Shown: piece after piece, positions 1 to 10,200 of the stretch | Position numbering within the stretch: the stretch's first letter is position 1 | Layout of the letters: the number at the start of each line of letters is the position of its first letter | Source: a virus | IMG/VR virus record: IMGVR_UViG_3300021085_000019 | Location: 1-64,000 of that record | Length of the DNA stretch: 64,000 nt | Strand: one strand, 5' to 3' | Program-made: the position numbers and the translations under genes | The notes under the pieces: generated by a model | Databases searched by the model: none | Told to the model about the DNA's origin: nothing | The model's input: the letters and a program-made list of their open reading frames with translations, nothing else

Positions 1-251
1 TGTCGTCCTCTAACCAGACTGTGAATATCTTCGGTAATACATCGATCACTGGAAATCTGGACGTATCCGGATATACACATTCCGTCGGTGATGTTTCGAC
101 CACAGCCGGTAATGCGATCACGCTGGCCAGCCATACACATACCGAAGTACCTGGAACTGGTGGTGCTTCTTCTCCATCGCCTGGAACACAAGAAACATCT
201 GCGGGTAATGGCGAAGGTGGACCAGTAACAGGTGATGAACCAGCCGAATAA
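1..251 (+). CDS. Baseplate central spike (gp5-like), C-terminal fragment; gene starts upstream of the window
   Basis: Frame is open from the window edge (SSSNQTVNIFGNTSITGNLDVSG...). Beta-helix-like repeat followed by LASHTH (HxH apex motif of contractile-tail spikes). Lies directly before gp25, as in T4-like phages. The GTG at 21 is probably not the real start. Confidence 0.7.
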   Translation, partial: SSSNQTVNIFGNTSITGNLDVSGYTHSVGDVSTTAGNAITLASHTHTEVPGTGGASSPSPGTQETSAGNGEGGPVTGDEPAE

Positions 252-255
252 GGAG

Positions 256-263
256 TATAAATA
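256..263 (+). promoter_or_regulatory. T4-type late promoter TATAAATA (gp25)
   Basis: Exact TATAAATA, 5 nt before ATG 269. Confidence 0.8.
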
Positions 264-268
264 CTAGT

Positions 269-793
269 ATGTCTATTAAAACAATTAACTCAAGTTCCGA
301 TCGATCTGCCCAGCCGTATGATAGCCAAACGATAACACTCGGCGATGGTACGAAAGTTGAGCAATCTACTGGTATTATTGGTGATCTGCAAAAAGCATCA
401 AGATCGGCAAGACTAAAGCCATGGACTGATCTTGATTTAAGCTTAGTCCTTCATCCAATACGTAAAGATATTATTCCACTTAGGGATGATCAGGCAATCA
501 AGTACTCAGTACGTAATTTGTTATTGACTAACTTTTATGAGAGACCATTTAACCTGGGTATAGGCGCCAATATGAGAGCCCTATTGTTTGAACCAGCAGA
601 TGAAATTACAAAGGCGACACTACGTAAAAATATCGTACGATGTCTTACTACAACAGAGAGTCGAGTGACACCGATCTTTGTAAACATAGTCGATGAGCCA
701 GATACGAATACATATCGTATTCTGGTAAAATTCAGAATAAAAGAGGATGATTCTGCAGATGAAGTAGAAATTGTTCTCAGACGTTTAAGGTAA
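269..793 (+). CDS. gp25: Baseplate wedge subunit gp25 (with N-terminal extension)
   Basis: DLDLS...HP..KDI...D..AIKYSVRNLLLTNFYERPF..GIGAN...LLFEP motif; C-terminal LRRLR; precedes gp6. Confidence 0.92.
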   Translation: MSIKTINSSSDRSAQPYDSQTITLGDGTKVEQSTGIIGDLQKASRSARLKPWTDLDLSLVLHPIRKDIIPLRDDQAIKYSVRNLLLTNFYERPFNLGIGANMRALLFEPADEITKATLRKNIVRCLTTTESRVTPIFVNIVDEPDTNTYRILVKFRIKEDDSADEVEIVLRRLR

Positions 794-798
794 ATAAT

Positions 799-2661
799 AT
801 GGCAACTAATTTAAATGTAACAGAACTAGATTTTGATCAAATCAAAAAAAATCTAAAGAACTATCTCAAGTCACAGACTCAATTTAGTTCACACGATTTT
901 GAAGGATCAGGTCTTTCCGCACTCTTAGATGTGCTGGCTTATAATACACATTACAATGCGATGGCGGCACACTTTGCCTTAAATGAAGCCTTCCTTGACT
1001 CTGCACAGATTCGTGGTAACATTGTAACTCGAGCTAAGTTGCTTGGCTACATTCCAAGATCTGTCCTTGCGCCAAGAGCAATTGTAGATCTTATTGTTGA
1101 TGTCAGCGGAGAGAGTAATGTTCCTAGTTCTCTTACACTAGAACGTGGTACTAAGTTTACTACACAGGTTGACGGTAGAAATTATCGTTATGTTGTAATT
1201 AACGAACAGTCTGCATTGATTGATCAGGCCACTAATACATTTACATTCTCAAACGTAACTCTTGTTGAAGGTACAAGGAAGAAGCTTTTATATAGAGTGG
1301 ACAACGATATTGAAAATCAGAAGTATCAGATTTCAGATGATGACGTTGATACTTCTACACTTAAAGTGCTTGTACAGGCAAACGAGCAATCAACAGCATT
1401 TGACAACTATACACAATTCGAATCACTGATTAACGTTGATTCTTCAAGTCGTGTATACTATCTACAAGAAAATTCAAATGAATATTTTGAAGTATACTTT
1501 GGTGATGGTGTGACTGGTAAGCAACCGCTTAATAATAACATCATAACACTAGACTATATTTTCACTCATGGCCCAGATTCGAATGGTGCAAACAACTTCA
1601 CAAAGGTAGATAATATCGGTGGATTTGCTAACATCACTGTTAACACATTAACTAAAGCCCAGGGTGGTACTGAAAGAGAAACAAATGAATCAATACGATT
1701 CAATGCTCCTTTGACTTTTACTTCACAGAATAGAGCTGTAACATCAGATGACTATAGAGCTATTATTAAGAAAGAGTTTACGAATATTAATTCTATTTCA
1801 ACATGGGGTGGTGAGGATAATGATCCACCGGATTATGGTGCAGTATATATTTCAATTAAGCCTATTGTAAATGAGACTTTATCAGAAGGTGAGAAGACTG
1901 AAATTATTAATACTATTTTAAAGGGTAAAAGTGTTGTATCAATTACCCCTGTTATTGTAGATCCTAACTTTACATATTTAGAATTGGATGTCGCATTTAA
2001 ATATAACCCGAATCTTACAGATAGATCTAGAGTAGAATTAGAAGCTGTTGTAAGAGATACTATTTCAGATTATAACTTTAACGAACTAAATAAATTTGAT
2101 GGAGTGTTTAGACATTCTCAGCTGCTAAGAGCAATTGATAATGCAGATCCTTCTATTCAGAATAGTAGTGTAAGACCATATATGTTTATGGAGATTACTC
2201 CTAATTTAGCTGGTAGCGAAATAGATAATAACTTCCAACTAAACTTTACATCTCCGTTTTACGATACTGGTTCTTCCGATAAACATGTTATCACATCTAC
2301 TAGGTTTAAAGTTAATGGGGAAGATTTATATTTTGGCGATATCCCTATTCCTGGTTCTACTAACAGAAAAGTTATAGCATACAAAATCGTCGATAACACT
2401 AATATTACTGTATTAAGTGATTGTGGTGTTGTTGATATATCTAAAGGATCTATAACATTAAATAAATTTATTCCTGATAGCGATTCGGATACTAAGATTA
2501 GAATTACGGTTGTACCTAATTCTCTTGACTTAGCTCCTAAGAGAGATCAGTTAATTGCAATTGATCCTCTCAGAGTTGTTATTGCACCAAGTGTAGATAC
2601 CATCTCTGTATCTGGTTCTTCTGGAACAATTAATTATACAACGACCTCAAGGCTGAGATAA
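799..2661 (+). CDS. gp6: Baseplate wedge subunit gp6
   Basis: ELDFDQIKKNLKNYL...DFEGSGLSALLDVLAYNTHYNA; FGDGVTGK; QNRAVTSDDY; WGGEDNDPPDYG. Confidence 0.96.
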   Translation: MATNLNVTELDFDQIKKNLKNYLKSQTQFSSHDFEGSGLSALLDVLAYNTHYNAMAAHFALNEAFLDSAQIRGNIVTRAKLLGYIPRSVLAPRAIVDLIVDVSGESNVPSSLTLERGTKFTTQVDGRNYRYVVINEQSALIDQATNTFTFSNVTLVEGTRKKLLYRVDNDIENQKYQISDDDVDTSTLKVLVQANEQSTAFDNYTQFESLINVDSSSRVYYLQENSNEYFEVYFGDGVTGKQPLNNNIITLDYIFTHGPDSNGANNFTKVDNIGGFANITVNTLTKAQGGTERETNESIRFNAPLTFTSQNRAVTSDDYRAIIKKEFTNINSISTWGGEDNDPPDYGAVYISIKPIVNETLSEGEKTEIINTILKGKSVVSITPVIVDPNFTYLELDVAFKYNPNLTDRSRVELEAVVRDTISDYNFNELNKFDGVFRHSQLLRAIDNADPSIQNSSVRPYMFMEITPNLAGSEIDNNFQLNFTSPFYDTGSSDKHVITSTRFKVNGEDLYFGDIPIPGSTNRKVIAYKIVDNTNITVLSDCGVVDISKGSITLNKFIPDSDSDTKIRITVVPNSLDLAPKRDQLIAIDPLRVVIAPSVDTISVSGSSGTINYTTTSRLR

Positions 2662-2662
2662 G

Positions 2663-5600
2663 ATGGCTGGAACTCATAAAACTAATAATACTTTATTTAG
2701 CTCGGATATATCTTCACCTGGATATATCCAGTCTGTCGCTTCTTCGAAGAGTAAGACTAAAGAGCATTTAAGAACTCCAGAGCTTATACCATCTGAGATA
2801 CTAGATGTATCTGGTGGTATTGAATTATTATTAGAAGCATATTATGACTATATGAACTTACAAGAGTTTATATATCAAGAAAACGAAACGTACCAAGATA
2901 TTGTATTAGACGGTAAAGCCGTTTTTAGGGTTGTAGATCCTAGAAATGAAAATGACCACTTCTTTACAGATGACGATGGTGCTAATTCGACTCTTACACT
3001 AACAGATGACCGTGGGATTATTAAAACATTTAACTTGCAAAATTTAAACGTTGCGATTTCAAATGGTAATAATCTCCCAGGATCTCTTGCTAATTCTACT
3101 TCGGATATTGGTAAGACACTTACGGTTCATGGTTTAGATCAGGTCGTATTAGTAAACGGAGCAGTAACAAATAGTGTAGATGTAGTATTAGCTACATCAG
3201 ATTCTACAATTACTCCCGGTCAACCAGTCAGTGGAATTGGAATACCTGCTAATGTAACTGTTGATGAGATTAATGGTACTAGCTTAAAGCTAACACAACC
3301 GGTATCATTAGATGATGAAGTTGCTCTTACGTTTTCTAACAATACTAAAACAGCCACTATCACAACCCCAGTAAAATACTGGGCTGGCCCTGGTGCATCC
3401 TACACTCTTAACACGATTGAAGAGTCATTGGATATTGATAGCACAGCCGCATCTTACTTAGAATTAATTCAAAAAGAAATTGCGGCTGTTGTTCCACGTT
3501 CGATACAGGTTAATAAAAGAAATCTATATAAGGCTATTACAGATTATTATAAAATTAGAGGTTCGTCAGATTCTATTGAAGTATTCTTTAGACTATTATT
3601 TGATGATGAAGTTGAGGTAGAATATCCATGGAATGAAACATTAATTCCATCTTCTGGTAATTGGGAAGTAAATCCTTCTTTACCTAAAGGCGGTGTATAC
3701 TTAGACAAAAAAGGATTTTTATCAGACACAATTAAAATCCAAGATAGTTTAAAATACCAAAAGTTTTCTTATTTAATTCGTACTGGTCAAAGCTTGTCTG
3801 CTTGGGATTTTTTCTATAATAGACTAGTTCACCCGGCTGGATTTAAATACTTTGCTGAAATTCTTATTCAGTTATTTGGAACGCGTGATGAATTAGGTGA
3901 TGATCAGAAAATTGCTGGTCCTATTAATTTTATAGGTGGACCAAACCACGGCTTGCCTACTGGAGAATCTTTCGAAGGTTATGGAAGACAAAATAGAATT
4001 ACATATTCATCAATGCCCGATTTACAGCCTGGGGTTATTGGTCTAGAAGATGTTCCTTTACTTGTAGATCTATTCGCTTCTCTATTCTTACCATTTACTG
4101 AAGTTAATATTCATCAGTCTGCCAAAATTGCATTAACTGTAGAACAAACAAGCACTGATGCAAATTATGGTAAAGTAGTTTCTGCAGAAATTGTAGACAG
4201 CGGTTTTGGATATACCTCAGCTCCAAGCGTTATAATTAACGGTGTGCCTCAAACCGGACAAACGATTACTCAGGCAGTTATTACAACAACGATTGATTCA
4301 CTCGGTAGAGTTACAGGTACTAATATAACAAATCCTGGTGATAATTATAACTCTGCATTTGCTAACGTTTCAGCTAATCCAAACTTGTCTAAAGTTGCAT
4401 CGGTATCAATTGTTCCATCCACTACTAAAAAATATAGTACTCCTCCAGAAGTTATATTTACAGATCCTACTTCTATTGGAGATAACGGACTTCCATTACA
4501 AACTAATGTAACTGCTACTGGAAAATATATATTAGAACCTACTTCGGTTAATTCAGTCGAAATGACTTCAGTTGGTTCTAACTATACTATTCATCCGGAT
4601 ATTGCATTTTCAGATCCAGACGTATTCTATACTGCTCAGCCATTCTTTAGCGATAACTTTGAAAATGCTGCTATAGGAGATTGGGATAATAATTATTGGC
4701 ATATAGTAGGCACCGATGATCATACTGCGTCTATTCAAACTGTAGATGGATCTAAGGTATTAAAAGTACAAACATCCACATTAGACACAAGTGCTTCAGG
4801 AAGTATTGGTGGTGCAGTATATCAATTAGAATTAGCTAATCCTGAGTTCACAAATAGACTGCCAGGAAATACAATTAAAGTAAAATGTAGAGCGAAGAAG
4901 GCAACTTCAGGTGGAGCAAACACATTTAGGATGGCGTATTCAACATCACAACACGGTAACTCTGGTTGGTTTACTAAAAACTTAACAACTGATTGGCAAG
5001 ACTTTGAGTTTGAATATAATATTGTAACTGATACTCCTACTAATGTAGATTACGTAGGATTCCAAGGTGATGGTAATGATGGTATAGTATATATCGATGA
5101 TGTTTCTATTACTGTTAAAAAGGATTTCCCAAGAGTTATTAGTGACATTGAAGATGGAAGATTAAATTCAATAACAGTTTTATATAAAGGATCTGGATAT
5201 AAAGAAGTTCCATCAATATCTATTTCTGGTAATGCAACTGCAGTTGCTCAGTTAGTTCCTTCTAAAGTTGAAAGCGCAGTTATAGTAAATCCAGGATTTG
5301 GTTATGTGTTTGATCCACTAATATATATTAGCTCTAAAGCTAAAAACGAAAACCGGGCAAAAGCACAGCCAGTTAAAAAAATCATAGAGTTAAATCATAC
5401 CGACGTAGATCCCTTATTTAATAAGGTAAATAATCCAGTTCAGACTAATCCTTCAGTGAGAGGAAGACAATTATATAATGGCGGGTTATTACAGAAGGGC
5501 GTTCTTAGTTCAGGTCAGAACTGGACTATAACTCAATCGACACCGGCTACTGATAAAACTATGGGTGGTTATGATGTTACGGTAGTGGCTGCTGGATATA

Positions 5601-5770
5601 GAACACAAGTTAGTAACAATTATTATAATCAAAAAACAAACATATTAGAAAATAGTATGCTTTACGACTTTAACGAAACTTTAGAGGTATTAGGTGATGT
5701 AGAATTGCAAAGTACTTCTATAAGTGATATAAATAAATATAACGTGAATTCTTTTATTCATAACAATTAA
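2663..5770 (+). CDS. gp7: Baseplate wedge initiator gp7-like protein with accessory inserted domains
   Basis: Between gp6 and gp8; DYYKIRGSSDSIEVFFRLLF and IQDSLKYQKFSYLIRTG...LVHPAGFKYF motifs typical of gp7-like proteins in T4-like phages. Confidence 0.8.
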   Translation: MAGTHKTNNTLFSSDISSPGYIQSVASSKSKTKEHLRTPELIPSEILDVSGGIELLLEAYYDYMNLQEFIYQENETYQDIVLDGKAVFRVVDPRNENDHFFTDDDGANSTLTLTDDRGIIKTFNLQNLNVAISNGNNLPGSLANSTSDIGKTLTVHGLDQVVLVNGAVTNSVDVVLATSDSTITPGQPVSGIGIPANVTVDEINGTSLKLTQPVSLDDEVALTFSNNTKTATITTPVKYWAGPGASYTLNTIEESLDIDSTAASYLELIQKEIAAVVPRSIQVNKRNLYKAITDYYKIRGSSDSIEVFFRLLFDDEVEVEYPWNETLIPSSGNWEVNPSLPKGGVYLDKKGFLSDTIKIQDSLKYQKFSYLIRTGQSLSAWDFFYNRLVHPAGFKYFAEILIQLFGTRDELGDDQKIAGPINFIGGPNHGLPTGESFEGYGRQNRITYSSMPDLQPGVIGLEDVPLLVDLFASLFLPFTEVNIHQSAKIALTVEQTSTDANYGKVVSAEIVDSGFGYTSAPSVIINGVPQTGQTITQAVITTTIDSLGRVTGTNITNPGDNYNSAFANVSANPNLSKVASVSIVPSTTKKYSTPPEVIFTDPTSIGDNGLPLQTNVTATGKYILEPTSVNSVEMTSVGSNYTIHPDIAFSDPDVFYTAQPFFSDNFENAAIGDWDNNYWHIVGTDDHTASIQTVDGSKVLKVQTSTLDTSASGSIGGAVYQLELANPEFTNRLPGNTIKVKCRAKKATSGGANTFRMAYSTSQHGNSGWFTKNLTTDWQDFEFEYNIVTDTPTNVDYVGFQGDGNDGIVYIDDVSITVKKDFPRVISDIEDGRLNSITVLYKGSGYKEVPSISISGNATAVAQLVPSKVESAVIVNPGFGYVFDPLIYISSKAKNENRAKAQPVKKIIELNHTDVDPLFNKVNNPVQTNPSVRGRQLYNGGLLQKGVLSSGQNWTITQSTPATDKTMGGYDVTVVAAGYRTQVSNNYYNQKTNILENSMLYDFNETLEVLGDVELQSTSISDINKYNVNSFIHNN
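5728..5735 (+). promoter_or_regulatory. T4-type late promoter (gp8), embedded in the gp7 3' end
   Basis: Exact TATAAATA 47 nt before the gp8 ATG. Confidence 0.7.
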
Positions 5771-5782
5771 TAGGAAATAAAA

Positions 5783-7207
5783 ATGACGGCAATAGTAACC
5801 TCTAAATTCAGAACGTTGAATGCAGAAAACTTTAAAGAGGACATAGCATCTGCTGGCACGAGCGTATACGTAGCCATTGGTAAAAGTGATGCTTGGTCTT
5901 ATACAACTTCTGATACAACAGATCAAGAACCATTTACACCATACGATAACTTAGACTCCTTAACAGAAGCTAGGGAAAACATCTTCGCTATGAAACTACT
6001 AGGAGCGGCTGATGTTACGCATGTTGTACCAAGGCATACCTGGACAACTGGTAATACTTATGTTGCCTGGGATTCAGATGATCCCGACATTTTTGATAAA
6101 AAGTTTTACGTGATTACTTCTGAGTTTAAAGTTTATAAGTGTATATACTCTCCAGGTACTGGATCGACTCAAGAGCCAACACAAACTCTAACAGACCCTA
6201 CAGCTGAATCAGATAATTATATTTGGAAATACATGTATACGGTAGCCGTTGCTGATGCTGAAAAGTTCCTTACTACATCTTATATGCCTGTAAAAACCGT
6301 TGATCCTAGATCTGGTGATCCTGCTCAAGCCTCGGATTACCTTAGCGATTCTGCAGCCGAACAGTTTTTGAGTGAAGGTGCTTACGCACAATATCTAAAC
6401 CAAAAAGCTTCAGTCAACTCTACTACTGCTGGAGGAATTCAAAGAATTGAAGTGACTGCTGGTGGTACTGGATATACTTCTGCTCCTAGTGTAATTATTA
6501 CTGGTGCTGGAAGTAATGCTACAGCAACTGCTACTATATCAGGTGGTTCAGTTACCGCTATTAACGTAACAGCGAAAGGAACAGATTATTCTTCAGCTCA
6601 CATTGTACTTTCTGGAGGCGGTGGTTCTGATGCTACGGCTAGAGCAGTACTTTCTCCTGAAAATGGTCATGGTACTGATCCTGTAAAAGAACTAGGTGGA
6701 TTCTTTGTTGCAGTTAATACACTGCTAGATGGTACTGGTGGTGAAGAAGACGATCTTACAGTAGGTAACGATTTTAGGCAGATACTACTAATAAAAAATC
6801 CAGTAAACTACGGAACTACTAATATCTCAACTAGCGCAACGCGTAAAGCTATGCATGGTATTAGCTTTGCTTCTGTTAGTGGAACGTTACAAGTCGATGA
6901 ACTTATTTTCCAAGGTACTGGAGCAAATAGAGTAGAAGCATTTATTACTGAAATTGATAGCGATGCAGGTGTTTATTATCTTACACAGAATAATAAGACT
7001 GGATATGGTAATTTTGCACATACTAACGGCGTTGTGACTGGAGCAACATCTGGTGCACAAGGAACTCCTACGTCTGCTGCAAATACATTCTCAACAAATC
7101 CGGATATTGATGTACATTCAGGAGATATTATTTTCTTAGAAAACAGAAATCCAATTGATAGAATTTCTTCACAAATTGAAGACATTAAAATTATTATAGA
7201 ATTCTAA
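5783..7207 (+). CDS. gp8: Baseplate wedge subunit gp8
   Basis: MTAIVTSKFR..NAENF; VVPRHTW; FYVITSEFKVYKCI; YIWKYMY; GHGTDPVKELGG; ENRNPIDR...EDIKIIIEF. Confidence 0.92.
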   Translation: MTAIVTSKFRTLNAENFKEDIASAGTSVYVAIGKSDAWSYTTSDTTDQEPFTPYDNLDSLTEARENIFAMKLLGAADVTHVVPRHTWTTGNTYVAWDSDDPDIFDKKFYVITSEFKVYKCIYSPGTGSTQEPTQTLTDPTAESDNYIWKYMYTVAVADAEKFLTTSYMPVKTVDPRSGDPAQASDYLSDSAAEQFLSEGAYAQYLNQKASVNSTTAGGIQRIEVTAGGTGYTSAPSVIITGAGSNATATATISGGSVTAINVTAKGTDYSSAHIVLSGGGGSDATARAVLSPENGHGTDPVKELGGFFVAVNTLLDGTGGEEDDLTVGNDFRQILLIKNPVNYGTTNISTSATRKAMHGISFASVSGTLQVDELIFQGTGANRVEAFITEIDSDAGVYYLTQNNKTGYGNFAHTNGVVTGATSGAQGTPTSAANTFSTNPDIDVHSGDIIFLENRNPIDRISSQIEDIKIIIEF

Positions 7208-7215
7208 TATAAATA
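7208..7215 (+). promoter_or_regulatory. T4-type late promoter
   Basis: Exact intergenic TATAAATA before ORF 7241. Confidence 0.8.
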
Positions 7216-7240
7216 TTAGTAAATATACAAGAGAGAACTT

Positions 7241-10200
7241 ATGACTACAACCAATATAAAAGTTTTTCCTGAAGGACCATATAACGACGACTATTTAAAA
7301 ACACAGTCAGATGGTTCTACTGTAGAAACTAAAAATTATCATAGAATATTATTTCGCCCTGGCTATGCAGTTCAGGCTAGAGAGCTTACTCAAATGCAAA
7401 CTATGTTGCAGGCTCAAATAGATAGACATGGCCAATATGCTTTTAAAGATGGTTCTAGAGTAGTTAATGGTGAATTATCTCTTAATGTAGAATATGATTT
7501 TATTAAATTGGAATCTACAACTGAATTAAGTTTGTTTGAGAATACTGTTATTACTGGAACAAATGGAGTTAAGGCTCGTGTGATACAAGCCGTATCAGCA
7601 GTTGACGCTTCAAATCCAGATACTTTATATATTAAATATTTAAAAGCCGACGCAGCCAGTAAAACTATTAGCGTGTTTGCTGCAGGAGATAACTTTTCTT
7701 CTAATGCATCTTCATCAAAATCTGGTCAAGTTAGGACTACAACTTCTGAATCAGATCCTGCTGTTGGAAAGGGCTCTAGTGTATCAATATCAGAAGGCGT
7801 TTATTTTATTTCCGGATGCTTTGTATATGTTGCTCCTACTACTATTATATTAGACAAGTATACAAACAATCCGTCTTATATTATTGGCCTACAGGTTATT
7901 GAAGATATTGTATCTTCAGGTGAGGATGGAACACTTGTTGATAATGCTCAAGACGTTCCTAACACTTCTGCTCCTGGTGCTAATAGATATCAGGTTAAAA
8001 CTCAATTAATTAAACAGCCCATTGATATTAATTCTAGAACAGTGGATAATTATATCACTCTACTTACTGTTAATAATGGCGAAGTATCTATAGACAAGAC
8101 TGATAAAACTGAAGATACTGGACTTACATTAAGACTGGCGCAAAGGACACACGACGAATCTGGCGATTATGTAGTAAAACCATTCGAGTTGGAAATACTA
8201 GAACATCTAAACGACACTACAAATTTTGGTAAATACCTACAGTCTGACGGTGGCGATATAGACAAAATCGCAATTGGTGTTGAACCATCTACTGCATATG
8301 TTCAAGGTTATAGGAATCAGAAAGTTGGAACAACATATGTAGAGATTGATAAGCCTCGTGGAGCAGATGCAACAGGATTTCTAAATGAATCTAACACTCA
8401 AATTAATTTTGGTAACTATATTAAACTTAACGCATCTAACTTTGCTAGAGTTCCAGATTTAGAAGGATTTGAAACTATTAACTTAGTAGATACCACTTCG
8501 GGTACTACCACGGTCGGTACTGCTAGAGTTCGTGGTATGGAATTCTTTGCAAATCCAGATCATATTAGACTATATTTATTTGATATTAATATAACGCATG
8601 GTTCAAAAACATTTTCAGATGTAGATAAAGTTACTGGATCGGGTAGCTTTTCGGCAAACTTTTTAGCTGGTTCTGAAGGAACTCGATTTGATGTCGGTAA
8701 TAATGTTGCGGTGTTTAAGTTACCACAATCAGCAATTAAAACTTTAGCAGATCCTTCTAGAGATACAACGTATTCTATAAAAAGAAAATTTAATCAGACT
8801 ACAAGTGCAACTGGAGAATTATCGTTTTCAACAGCTGTTGGACTTTTTACTGATCATGACGATGTTATTATTGCTCCGAGTAATGGTCCAATTAAGACAG
8901 ACGTAAGTAGTAGCATTGTAACAGGAACTGGTAACGGTACAAACGGTTTAGAATACACAAACGCTATAGGCATTGGTAATAATATTGCTTGTGAAATTAT
9001 CGCAACGATTAAAAAAACTATAGCGCCTAAAACAAAAACAAAAACTACATTTGCTAAAACTATTAATGTTACAAATGGGGATACTGCATCATATGACTTA
9101 GGCCATTCAGATGTTATTGAGGTTGTGTCTATTGTAGATTCAACATCGGCCAATATCACTGAAGACTTTACTTTAGATAACGGTCAAAGAGATAATTTTT
9201 ATGACACAGGCAAAATAGTAAAAAACGGTGGTACAGGAACTGTACCTACTGGAAATATGATAGTAACTTTTAAATATTATACTCATGGAGCTGGTGATTA
9301 TTTTTGTGTTGATTCATATCCTGCTCAAGATTACGCAGATATTCAATCTTTCTCTAGCTCGGCTGGTTCAGTCGATTTAAGAGATTGTATAGACTTTAGA
9401 CCGAGAAAAGATAATACAAGTTCTAATTTCTCTGGTACTGGTTCCAGCTTGTCTGGTGCACCAAAGGTAGGACATGCATTAACAGCAGACATTAATTACT
9501 ACTTACCTAGAATAGATAAACTCGTCATGAAAAGAGACGGTGGATTTGAAGTTATTAAAGGAGTTCCATCAGAATATCCACAGCCTCCTTCTGATAAAGA
9601 AGATGCATTGACATTATATCAGCTAAAGCTTAAACCATACGTGTTTACGTTAAACGATGTTATTCCTGTAATACAAGATAACAAACGATATACTATGAAA
9701 GATATTGGTAAGCTTGATAAAAGAATTAAAAACCTTGAATACTATACTTCGTTATCGTTACTAGAACAATCTGCCGCTGATGTGCACATGGTTGATGGTA
9801 ATGGATTAACAAGGTTGAAAAATGGTATTATAGTAGATTCATTTAAAGATCACACTATAATAGATTCTGCTCATAAAGAAACTAGTGAATCTATTGACAA
9901 AGAAAATGGATTGCTTAGACCAGAATGCCCTAGTAAAAATATAAACTTAATTACAGATCCATCTCAAAGCGGGTCAAGTATAGCACAGAAACGTGGATCA
10001 AACTGGATACTAAATTATTCTGAAGTAGCCCATACTGTTCAGCCTTATGCGTCTGTCGCAATTAACGTAAATCCATATAATGTATTTACTTGGGACGGTA
10101 GAGTTCAATTATCTCCTGAGTCAGATGAATGGAAAGAAACTGACGTTAGGCCAGATGTAGTTATAGACGATGATGGTCAATACGAACAGTTTGTAGCTAG

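Noticed and set aside
21-251. Stand-alone 76-aa gene starting at GTG 21
   Set aside because: The frame is open to the window edge; better read as the C-terminus of a longer spike gene.
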